Source of the DNA: Candidatus Saccharimonadota bacterium
Lineage (GTDB): Bacteria > Patescibacteriota > Gracilibacteria > UBA1369 > 2-02-FULL-48-14
Assembly: GCA_041661045.1 (NCBI GenBank)
Contig: JBAZVE010000001.1
Coordinates: 240,001 to 272,000, forward strand
Reading direction: 5' to 3'
Length of the DNA: 32,000 nt
Shown here: positions 15,906 through 24,121 of the stretch, piece by piece
Layout of the letters: each line of letters starts with the position of its first letter
How positions within the stretch are numbered: position 1 is the stretch's first letter
Program-made: the position numbers and the translations under genes
Notes under the pieces: model-generated
What the model was told of the DNA's origin: nothing
Databases searched by the model: none
The model's input: the letters and a program-made list of their open reading frames with translations, nothing else

Positions 15906-17492
15906 ATGCCGCCTCTCACTCAAAACTGTCGACTGACCGGGAAACCCTTCACGGTGAGTGAATGGGAACAGGAGTTTTGTGCGCGGATGGGTGTGCCGGT
16001 GCCTTCGCTTTGTCCGGAGGAGCGGCAACGGAAAAGACTGGCGCACAGGAATGAACGGTCGCTATATAAACGGGGCTGTGATTTGTGTAAAAAAGTGATG
16101 ATCGCCATTTATCCGGAGTCTGCGCCCTTCCCCGTGTATTGCAGCGAGTGTTGGTGGGGCGATGGATGGGATCCCATGGATTACGGACAAGCGTTTGATT
16201 TTTCCAAACCTTTTTTTGATCAATTTAAGGAAGTGTATTTTCGGGTGCCGCGGGTGGGTGTGCTCAGTAGAAATGGAGAGAACAGCGAGTACACAAACTG
16301 TGAAGAGGGATCGAAAAATTGTTACCTCACCTTTGCCGGAGGATATTCGGAGGATTGCTCCTATTGTTATTTGAGCATCTCCTGCCGGGACTGTGTGGAC
16401 TGTTCACTCATCAACCATTCTGAGCTCTGTTACGAAGGCTTGGAACTCGACAATTGTTACCACTGTTTTTATCTCCAAAATTCACAAAACTGCAGTGATT
16501 GTGTGCTTGGGGTAGACCTCGTCTCCTGTAAAAATTGCTTTGGCTGCAAGGGGCTCCGGAATAAAGAGTTTTATATTTTCAATGAACCGTATTCAAAAGA
16601 GACTTATGAGGCAAAAATCGCCGAGTTGGATCCGCGTTCACCGGAAGTTCAGGCTCAGTTTTCTGCCCTTTGCTTGTCTATACCGAATAAATTTGCCCAC
16701 CTCAATAATTGTGAGAATTGTACGGGGGATTATATATTAAATAGTCAAAATTGTTTCAACTCTTTTGACATCAAAAATGGGAAGGATCTTATGTATGTCT
16801 ATTTAGGGCAAGATTTAAAAGATGCTTACGACTCTAATGTGATCTTCATCGGCACAGAGCTGATTTATAATTCTCACAGCATCTGCGTGAATTGTTTTCA
16901 AGTGCGTTGTTCCAACTTTTCCTGGAATATTTCTTTTTCGGATTACTGTGATTTCTGCCATTATTCAAAGAATTTGTTTGGGTGCGTTGCATTGAAGCGG
17001 AAAGAATATTGCATCCTCAATAAACAGTATTCAAAGGAGGAATACGAGGTGCTTGTGCCCCGCATCATCGAACACATGAAACAGACCGGCGAATGGGGTG
17101 AGTTCTTTCCTTATTCCGTTTTTGCCTACAATGAAACTTTGGCGCAGGAGTATTTTCCTCTGAGTAAAGAAGAGGCCGTGGAGCTTGGCTACCAATGGAA
17201 AGAACCCGTTGCTCAGGAGTTCGTGGCTGTCCCCGGTGCAAAGACCTGTGAGACCTGTAGAAAGGTGTTCAAATGCATTCAAAAAGAATTGGATTTTTAC
17301 AAGAAAATGAGCTTACCTGAACCGCAGAAATGTCATGATTGCCGACATAAGGCTCGAATGATGGGGCACAATCCACGAGAACTCTGGGCACGACAATGCA
17401 TGAAGTGTTCACGGGACATTCAAAGCAGCACTTCCCCAGATCGGGCGGAACCTGTGTACTGCGAGAAGTGCTATCTTGCTTTGATTTATTGA
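15906..17492 (+). CDS. Cys-rich double-zinc-ribbon / Cys-ladder family protein, paralog 1 of 8 (function unknown)
   Basis: 528 aa, ~42 Cys by my count. Alignable end to end with the seven other copies. The C-terminal module has four intact C-x2-C knuckles (CETC, CHDC, CMKC, CEKC). Confidence 0.9.
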   Translation: MPPLTQNCRLTGKPFTVSEWEQEFCARMGVPVPSLCPEERQRKRLAHRNERSLYKRGCDLCKKVMIAIYPESAPFPVYCSECWWGDGWDPMDYGQAFDFSKPFFDQFKEVYFRVPRVGVLSRNGENSEYTNCEEGSKNCYLTFAGGYSEDCSYCYLSISCRDCVDCSLINHSELCYEGLELDNCYHCFYLQNSQNCSDCVLGVDLVSCKNCFGCKGLRNKEFYIFNEPYSKETYEAKIAELDPRSPEVQAQFSALCLSIPNKFAHLNNCENCTGDYILNSQNCFNSFDIKNGKDLMYVYLGQDLKDAYDSNVIFIGTELIYNSHSICVNCFQVRCSNFSWNISFSDYCDFCHYSKNLFGCVALKRKEYCILNKQYSKEEYEVLVPRIIEHMKQTGEWGEFFPYSVFAYNETLAQEYFPLSKEEAVELGYQWKEPVAQEFVAVPGAKTCETCRKVFKCIQKELDFYKKMSLPEPQKCHDCRHKARMMGHNPRELWARQCMKCSRDIQSSTSPDRAEPVYCEKCYLALIY

Positions 17493-17517
17493 AATCCTCG
17501 GGCAGACCTGCTATTCT
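17489..17517 (+). promoter_or_regulatory. Sigma70-like promoter of paralog 2
   Basis: TTGAAA (17489-17494, overlapping the paralog 1 stop), 17-nt spacer, TATTCT (17512-17517) preceded by TGc. Confidence 0.4.
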
Positions 17518-17537
17518 GGGCCGTCTAACCCATTTGG

Positions 17538-19208
17538 ATGGCCGCGTGCAGGCAATGCAATCAAACCTTTGAAGTCGCTGCGGAGGACCTTGCTTTTTAT
17601 GACAGTATTTCGCCAAGTTTTGCTGGGAAAAAATATCCTATTCCGGCTCCAAAAATGTGTCCGCAATGTCGTCTTCAGCGGCGGATGGCGTTTAGGAATG
17701 AACGCAAGCTTTACACACGGAAAAGTGATTTGAGTGGACGGAGTATTATCAGCAATTATTCTCCTGATAAGCCTCATAAGATATATGACCAGGATGAATG
17801 GTGGTCTGACGCATGGGACCCGCTCGGTTATGGACGAGATTTTGATTTTAGTAGAACCTTTAATGAGCAGTTTAGGGGATTGGTGGAGACCGTGCCTCAG
17901 GTCTCTCTCGTCAATAAAAGTGGTGAGAACAGTTATTATACTAATTTTGCAATTTTTGTACGCAATTGTTATCTCGTATTTGGAGCGGGCAATGATGAGG
18001 ACTGTATGTATGGAAAGTACATTGTGGACAGCAAAGACTGCGTGGACAATTTGGCCATTTACTCCTGTGAACTCTGTTATGAGGGGGTTGCCTCCGAAGG
18101 CTGCTATCAATGCCGGTACTTTTTGAATTCTCGAAATTGTAGCGACTGTTTGATGGTGGATTCCTGCCTTTCATGTAAAAACTGTATCGCCTGCTTTGGC
18201 TTGGTCTCAAAGGAATATTATTATTTGAATACCTTTGTTGGGAAGGAGCGTTTTGAAGAGTTGAAAAAGGAATATGAATATTTAACGGCTAAAAAAGTGG
18301 CCTTTTTGCGGGAGCAGTTGGATGTGCTGAAGGGCCCTTTGCCCCACCGACAAGCGCAAACTTACGGGTGTGAGAATTGCACGGGAGACAATGTCTACAA
18401 CTCTAAAAACTGCCACCATGTTTTTGATGCCAAGGAATGCGAAGATTCTAAATATTTAAACTTTTCCCCAAAAACAAAGAATTCTTATGACATTATTTTT
18501 TGCGCTCCCGACGGAGTAGAGTTTTCTTACAATTTGTGCTCTGTGTTGAGTTTGAAAAACGCAATGAGTAATTATTTGGTTTGGAATGGCAGTGACATTT
18601 ATTATTCTCTCTCCTGCCACAGCTGCAATTCCATCTTTGGCTGCGTGGGCCTCCACAATAAACAGTACTGCATTTTTAATAAGCAGTATTCAAAAGAGGA
18701 GTATGAAATTTTGGTCGGCCGCATTATTGAACACATGCAAAAAACAGGAGAATGGGGAGAGTTTTTTGACTATTCCGTTTCGCCTTTTGGCTACAATGAG
18801 ACGGTGGCGGAGGAGTACTTTCCCCTGAATAAAGATCAAGTGCTGGCTTTGGATGCCAAGTGGCATGAAGAGTGTGACGAACAAATAGATGGAGCGCCTG
18901 TAGATGAAATTCCGGAGGATATTCGGTCTGTGGATGATGAAATTCTAAAAAAAGTACTCCACTGTGAAGTGAGCGGACGCCCTTATAAAATCACGCCCCA
19001 AGAGTTGAAATTTTATAGAAACATGAAATTGCCGTTACCACGGCGCCACCACGATGAACGGCATTTGAATCGCATCGCGCTACACAATCCCTACACCCTT
19101 TTTGACCGGTCTTGTGGAAAGTGTGGCAAAGCTATCCAGACTACTTACACTGAGCTTAGGGCAAAAGTGGTGTACTGCGAGGCCTGTTATTTGGCTAAGG
19201 TTTACTAA
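17538..19208 (+). CDS. Cys-rich family protein, paralog 2 of 8
   Basis: 556 aa. MAACRQCNQTFEV..CPQCRLQRRMAFRNERKLY; conserved block CIFNKQYSKEEYEILVGRIIEHMQKTGEWGEFF; C-terminus ..CGKCGKAIQTTY..VVYCEACYL. Confidence 0.9.
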   Translation: MAACRQCNQTFEVAAEDLAFYDSISPSFAGKKYPIPAPKMCPQCRLQRRMAFRNERKLYTRKSDLSGRSIISNYSPDKPHKIYDQDEWWSDAWDPLGYGRDFDFSRTFNEQFRGLVETVPQVSLVNKSGENSYYTNFAIFVRNCYLVFGAGNDEDCMYGKYIVDSKDCVDNLAIYSCELCYEGVASEGCYQCRYFLNSRNCSDCLMVDSCLSCKNCIACFGLVSKEYYYLNTFVGKERFEELKKEYEYLTAKKVAFLREQLDVLKGPLPHRQAQTYGCENCTGDNVYNSKNCHHVFDAKECEDSKYLNFSPKTKNSYDIIFCAPDGVEFSYNLCSVLSLKNAMSNYLVWNGSDIYYSLSCHSCNSIFGCVGLHNKQYCIFNKQYSKEEYEILVGRIIEHMQKTGEWGEFFDYSVSPFGYNETVAEEYFPLNKDQVLALDAKWHEECDEQIDGAPVDEIPEDIRSVDDEILKKVLHCEVSGRPYKITPQELKFYRNMKLPLPRRHHDERHLNRIALHNPYTLFDRSCGKCGKAIQTTYTELRAKVVYCEACYLAKVY

Positions 19209-19210
19209 TT

Positions 19211-19219
19211 TGCTAAAAT
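19211..19219 (+). promoter_or_regulatory. Extended -10 (TGcTAAAAT) of paralog 3 (probably leaderless)
   Basis: TG at 19211-19212 and TAAAAT at 19214-19219. The ATG at 19226 is 6 nt downstream. Confidence 0.35.
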
Positions 19220-19225
19220 CACTTC

Positions 19226-20848
19226 ATGCAGAGCTGTAAGCAGTGTCAAAACCCTTTTGAAGTCACCCCCACCGAGCGTGAATTCCTTAAAAAAGTGGCT
19301 CCAGTTATTGGCGAGCGGCGCTTTGAGATCCCGGAACCCTCCCTTTGCGCTGATTGTCGGCGACAAAGACGATATGCGATTCGAAACGACAGAATTCTTT
19401 ACAAACGGAAATGTGATAAGACCGGTAAGCCGATTGTTTCCGTACACCACGCTGATAAGCCCTTCCCCGTCTACGCCCTGGATGTGTGGTGGAGTGATGC
19501 GTACGATCCCCTGAGCTATGGTCGGGATTTCGACTTTTCCAGGACCTTTTTTGATCAGTTTCATGAGCTATCGACCGCGGTTCCTCGGGCGGCATGCATT
19601 GTTGTGAATTCCGAGAACTGTGACTACACGGCCTTTACTTTACAGTCTCGCAACTGTTTTCTTTCTTCTCGCTTGGCCGACACGGAAGATATTTATTACA
19701 CTTACTTGGCGCTCAAGAGTCGTTCTTGCTTTGACGGGTATAACTTAGCCGAGTGTGAACTTTGTTACGAGTGCATCGATTGCCGCAAATGCTATCGGTG
19801 TTTTTACACGGAAAATTCCAGAGGCTCTTTTAACCTCTTGTTTTGTGCCGATATGTCCGGCTGCAACGACTGTTTTGGCTGTGTGGGTTTGGTGCAAAAA
19901 AAATATCATTTCTTCAATCAGGCCCTTTCAAAAGAAGAGTATGAGAAACGAGTTCAGGAATGGTGGGATGGTTCTCATGAGGCGTTTGTGAAATGCCGGG
20001 CTGCTTTTGAAGCTTTTAGGAAAACCGTTCCGGTTCGTGCAACGGTGGTCCTCAACTCTGAGTATGTGCAAGGAAGTCATATTTTTGACAGTAAGAATGT
20101 GAACAATTCCTTTGATATCGTGGGCTGCGAAGATGTCCTTGATTGCACTCAAACTGAGTTTAGCAAAGACTGTATGGATACCGATTTTGCTTATGAAGTC
20201 GAGCTTCTGTACGAAGTGCTTTCAGGTGGGAAAAGCTCCAGAAGCCTTTTTTCTTTCGCTTTGGTTGGTGGCAGCAGTGAGACGATCTATTCCTGTTATT
20301 GCAGTAACGGTAACCAAAACCTTTTTGGGTGCATCGGTATGAAGGGCAGCAAGTATTGCATTTTCAATAAACAGTATTCAAAAGAGGAGTATGAGATTTT
20401 GGTGCCGCGCATCATTGAGCACATGCAAAAGACCGGAGAATGGGGTGAGTTTTTCCCGGTGGAGCATTCCACAATGGCCTACAACGAGTCTGTGGCACAA
20501 GAACGGTTCCCTCTCACGAAAGAAGAAGTCTTGCAGCGAGGGTGGAGTTGGTACGATGCTCCTGAAAGTGCGGCGGCCCAGGCTGAGGGAGACAATGTGC
20601 TCACCTGTGAAGTGAGTGGCCGAGCTTTCCGTTTGATCCCTCAGGAACTCAAATTCTACAAAGAGATGAACTTACCTTTGCCCACGAAGTGTCCAGATGA
20701 ACGCCATGCCGACCGTTTGGCAAAACGCACCCCTTATCGCTTACGCCCTACCCGGTGCCGGAAATGTTCCACGGAGATATTGACCGACATCCCCACGGAT
20801 GAAAAAATGATTTATTGTGAAGCTTGTTATTTAGCCGAAATCTACTGA
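19226..20848 (+). CDS. Cys-rich family protein, paralog 3 of 8
   Basis: 540 aa. MQSCKQCQNPFEV..CADCRRQRRYAIRNDRILY; CIFNKQYSKEEYEILVPRIIEHMQKTGEWGEFFP; ends CEACYLAEIY. Confidence 0.9.
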   Translation: MQSCKQCQNPFEVTPTEREFLKKVAPVIGERRFEIPEPSLCADCRRQRRYAIRNDRILYKRKCDKTGKPIVSVHHADKPFPVYALDVWWSDAYDPLSYGRDFDFSRTFFDQFHELSTAVPRAACIVVNSENCDYTAFTLQSRNCFLSSRLADTEDIYYTYLALKSRSCFDGYNLAECELCYECIDCRKCYRCFYTENSRGSFNLLFCADMSGCNDCFGCVGLVQKKYHFFNQALSKEEYEKRVQEWWDGSHEAFVKCRAAFEAFRKTVPVRATVVLNSEYVQGSHIFDSKNVNNSFDIVGCEDVLDCTQTEFSKDCMDTDFAYEVELLYEVLSGGKSSRSLFSFALVGGSSETIYSCYCSNGNQNLFGCIGMKGSKYCIFNKQYSKEEYEILVPRIIEHMQKTGEWGEFFPVEHSTMAYNESVAQERFPLTKEEVLQRGWSWYDAPESAAAQAEGDNVLTCEVSGRAFRLIPQELKFYKEMNLPLPTKCPDERHADRLAKRTPYRLRPTRCRKCSTEILTDIPTDEKMIYCEACYLAEIY

Positions 20849-20854
20849 TTTTTT

Positions 20855-22504
20855 ATGCCCGATATTCATCTCACCTGCCGCCTCACAGGAAAACCTTTTA
20901 CGGTTAGTGAGTGGGAGCAAGAACATCTTAAAAAATTTGATGCCCCTTTGCCGGATTTGTGCCCGGAGGAAAGACATCGCAAACGACTTTCCCATCGCAA
21001 TGAACGACGGCTTTATAAGAGAAATTGCTCCATGACGGGGGAGCCTGTAATTTCCGTGTTTTCGCCTGATAAAGATTTGCTCGTTTACCGCACGGAGGCA
21101 TGGAGAGGGGATGCCTGGGATGGACGCGATTATGGGATCGACTATGATTTCTCGAAACCTTTTTTTGAACAATTTGCGGCGTTGCAACGCATGGTGCCTC
21201 ACATGGCACTATTGAATGTGAATGGAGAGAATAGCGAGTATTGCAACATTACAACTGGGAATAAAAATTGTTATCTGGTCTTTGGTGGTGACTTTTGTGA
21301 AGACTGTAGATATTCGGTCTTTAGTATGCACTGCCGAGATGTCTCTGATGTGTATTGGGTGAATGGTTCGGAGCTCGTTTATGACACCTTAGACTCTGAG
21401 AATTGTTATAATATACGCTACTCTCAAAAGGCTTTTGGATGCAGGGATAGCAGTTTTTTGTTTGAGTGTCGCAATTGTGAAAACTGCTTCGGATGTGTGG
21501 GTTTGGTTGGAAAGAAATATCATATTTTCAACAAACCTTATCCCCCTGAAGAGTACAAAGAAAAGATCAAAGCCATGCGTTTGGACACCTGGAGTGGGGT
21601 AGAGAATATGCGAAAAGAATTTACTGAGTTCAAACTACAATTTCCTCATCGTTATGTGAAAATTATAAATAGTGAACACTGCACGGGTGATGACATTTCC
21701 GGAGCTAAGAACTGCGAGAATTGTTTTGGTATTTATGGGCCTGCGGAAGATTTGAAGGATATCTTTTTAGGGGGCTGGGGACTCAATGATTCCGCAAGCT
21801 CCGACCATATCGGTCATAAGGCTGAGCTTTTCTACGAAATGTTGGGCTCTATTGATGGTTCTCATTGTGCTTTCTGTACATTTTCTTGGAGTTCTCAAGA
21901 CACTTTTTATTGTAACTTTGTTCTCAACTCCCACGACCTCTTTGGCTGCAGTAATTTGAAGCGGGCGGAGTACTGCATCCTCAATAAGCAGTACAGCAAA
22001 GAAGATTATTTCGCTTTGCGGGGACGGATTGTGGAGCACATGAAATCTACCGGTGAATGGGGGCAATTTTTCCCTGCAAAAAACTCCCTTTTTGCTTACA
22101 ACGAGACAGTGGCTCAAGATTATTTCCCTCTCACAAAGGAGGCGGCTTTGGCTCAGGGATTGCGGTGGTTTGATGAAGAGAAACGGGCACTCACCCCCAA
22201 CGATTTACCTGACTCTATCCATGACATTACGGATGAAATTTTGAGCAAAACCCTGGTCTGTGAAAAAACTGGGCGACCTTACAAAATCATTCCAAGCGAG
22301 CTCAAGCTTTATCGTCAGATGGAAATCCCTATTCCACGGTATGCCCCCGAAACACGCAATGAAATCCGTATTGCTTCCCGAAATCCCATTCAAACATGGA
22401 CCAGGCAATGCGCAAAATGTGCGAAACCCATTGAAACCACTTATGCCCCCGATCGCCCCGAAAAAGTGTACTGTGAGGCCTGTTATTTAGCCGAAATCTA
22501 CTGA
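20855..22504 (+). CDS. Cys-rich family protein, paralog 4 of 8
   Basis: 549 aa. It starts 6 nt after paralog 3. The N-terminal CRLTGKPFTVSEWEQE is identical to paralog 1. It ends CEACYLAEIY. Confidence 0.9.
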   Translation: MPDIHLTCRLTGKPFTVSEWEQEHLKKFDAPLPDLCPEERHRKRLSHRNERRLYKRNCSMTGEPVISVFSPDKDLLVYRTEAWRGDAWDGRDYGIDYDFSKPFFEQFAALQRMVPHMALLNVNGENSEYCNITTGNKNCYLVFGGDFCEDCRYSVFSMHCRDVSDVYWVNGSELVYDTLDSENCYNIRYSQKAFGCRDSSFLFECRNCENCFGCVGLVGKKYHIFNKPYPPEEYKEKIKAMRLDTWSGVENMRKEFTEFKLQFPHRYVKIINSEHCTGDDISGAKNCENCFGIYGPAEDLKDIFLGGWGLNDSASSDHIGHKAELFYEMLGSIDGSHCAFCTFSWSSQDTFYCNFVLNSHDLFGCSNLKRAEYCILNKQYSKEDYFALRGRIVEHMKSTGEWGQFFPAKNSLFAYNETVAQDYFPLTKEAALAQGLRWFDEEKRALTPNDLPDSIHDITDEILSKTLVCEKTGRPYKIIPSELKLYRQMEIPIPRYAPETRNEIRIASRNPIQTWTRQCAKCAKPIETTYAPDRPEKVYCEACYLAEIY

Positions 22505-24105
22505 TGCAGAAAGTATGTAAAAAGTGCAGCGGGCCGTTTGAAATCACTCTTGAGGATGAAGTGTTTTTGAAGAAATTTGAAGTGCCTGCGCCTTCCCTTT
22601 GTCCCGAGTGTCGTAACCAAAGACGATGGACCTTTCGCAATGATCGGAACTTTTATAAGCGGGATTGTGACTTGTGCCATGCCGTCATGATTAGTATTTA
22701 TTCAAAAGAAAAACCTTTTCCTGTTTACTGCAAAGACTGCTATCTCAGTGACGCCTTCGATCCTTTGAAGTACGGCGTTGATTATGACCCCACTCGATCT
22801 TTTTTTGAACAATTTGGTGAGATGCGGGCTCGAGTTCCCCGCATGGCCAGTTACCAAACCCAAAGTGAGAATTCCGACTACACCGTGCACAGTGCTAAAA
22901 ACAGAAACTGCTACATGGGGAACTCTTTCCGTGAGTGCGAGGATGTTTTTTATTCTGATTTTGCTCAGTTTTCAAAGGACAGCATGGATCTTTATATGTG
23001 CAGTAATGTGGAACAATGCTACGACTGCACGGATAGCGACCAATGTTACCATTCCATTCACTTGGAGAATTGCATGAGCACGAATTTTTCTTGTCTTTGT
23101 TTTGATTGCCGCAGCAGCAGCAACTTGATTGCCTGCGTTGGGCTCCGAAGAAAAGAATTCATGGTCTTGAATAAACCTGTTAGTAAAGAGGAATTTGAAC
23201 AGACTTGGACCCGCTTCAATACAGATCCCACTTTCCGTAAAGATTTGGAGGAAAAATATAAGCAACTGCGCCTAGAAACTCCCGTAAAAAGTTTTTGGGA
23301 GAAGAATAGTGAGAATTGCAGTGGGAATTACATCGTGAATTCCAAGAATGCTCAGCACTGTTATAACAGCCGCAGCGTTGAGGATTCTCGTTATAATTTT
23401 GATGTGATTGATGTGAAAGATGCGATGGATATCACTCGCGCCGCGGGTGGTGAATTTTTGTACGAAGTTCATGCCATGATCGATCTTTTCTTCAGTAAAT
23501 TTTGTAACCTTTGCTACCAGTCGAGCGAGCTTGAATACTGTGACAACTGCCAGGCTAGCAAAAAGAGTTTTGGCTGCATGAGCCTTAAGGGGCACAGCAA
23601 CTGCATCCTCAACAAACACTATTCTCCGGAGGACTATGAAAAGCTCCGTGATCAAATAAAAGCGCAAATGTTGGCCGATTCCGAGTATGGCGAATTTTTT
23701 CCGTCTTCTCTCTCGGTTTTTGCCTACAATGAAAGTAAGGCTCGGGACTTTTTCCCGCTGACTCGTGAGCAAGCACTCGCTCAAGGTTACCAATGGCGTG
23801 ATCCGGAGGAAGCGGCCCGCCCCGTGCAGGGTGCTCAAGTCTCCGCAGACATTTTGGCGTGCGAAGGCTGTGGTAAAAATTATCGCATCATCCCTCAAGA
23901 GCTCGCGTTCTATCGCAAAATGGGGCTGCCCCTTCCTCACTTTTGTTTTGACTGTCGTCACCTCAAACGAGTGGCGCTTCAAAATCCTCAACGGCTCTAC
24001 TCGCGCGCGTGCGCAAAATGCTCGGCTCCCTTTGAAACCACCTACGCCCCCGACCGTCCCGAAAAAGTGTACTGCGAAAAGTGCTACTTGGAGACCGTGG
24101 GCTAG
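22504..24105 (+). CDS. Cys-rich family protein, paralog 5 of 8 (most divergent; all eight terminal knuckles intact)
   Basis: 533 aa. The start overlaps the paralog 4 stop (TGATG). Knuckles are CKKC, CPEC, CDLC, CKDC at the N-terminus and CEGC, CFDC, CAKC, CEKC at the C-terminus. Confidence 0.9.
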   Translation: MQKVCKKCSGPFEITLEDEVFLKKFEVPAPSLCPECRNQRRWTFRNDRNFYKRDCDLCHAVMISIYSKEKPFPVYCKDCYLSDAFDPLKYGVDYDPTRSFFEQFGEMRARVPRMASYQTQSENSDYTVHSAKNRNCYMGNSFRECEDVFYSDFAQFSKDSMDLYMCSNVEQCYDCTDSDQCYHSIHLENCMSTNFSCLCFDCRSSSNLIACVGLRRKEFMVLNKPVSKEEFEQTWTRFNTDPTFRKDLEEKYKQLRLETPVKSFWEKNSENCSGNYIVNSKNAQHCYNSRSVEDSRYNFDVIDVKDAMDITRAAGGEFLYEVHAMIDLFFSKFCNLCYQSSELEYCDNCQASKKSFGCMSLKGHSNCILNKHYSPEDYEKLRDQIKAQMLADSEYGEFFPSSLSVFAYNESKARDFFPLTREQALAQGYQWRDPEEAARPVQGAQVSADILACEGCGKNYRIIPQELAFYRKMGLPLPHFCFDCRHLKRVALQNPQRLYSRACAKCSAPFETTYAPDRPEKVYCEKCYLETVG

Positions 24106-24121
24106 AGGGGTGCCAGGATTT

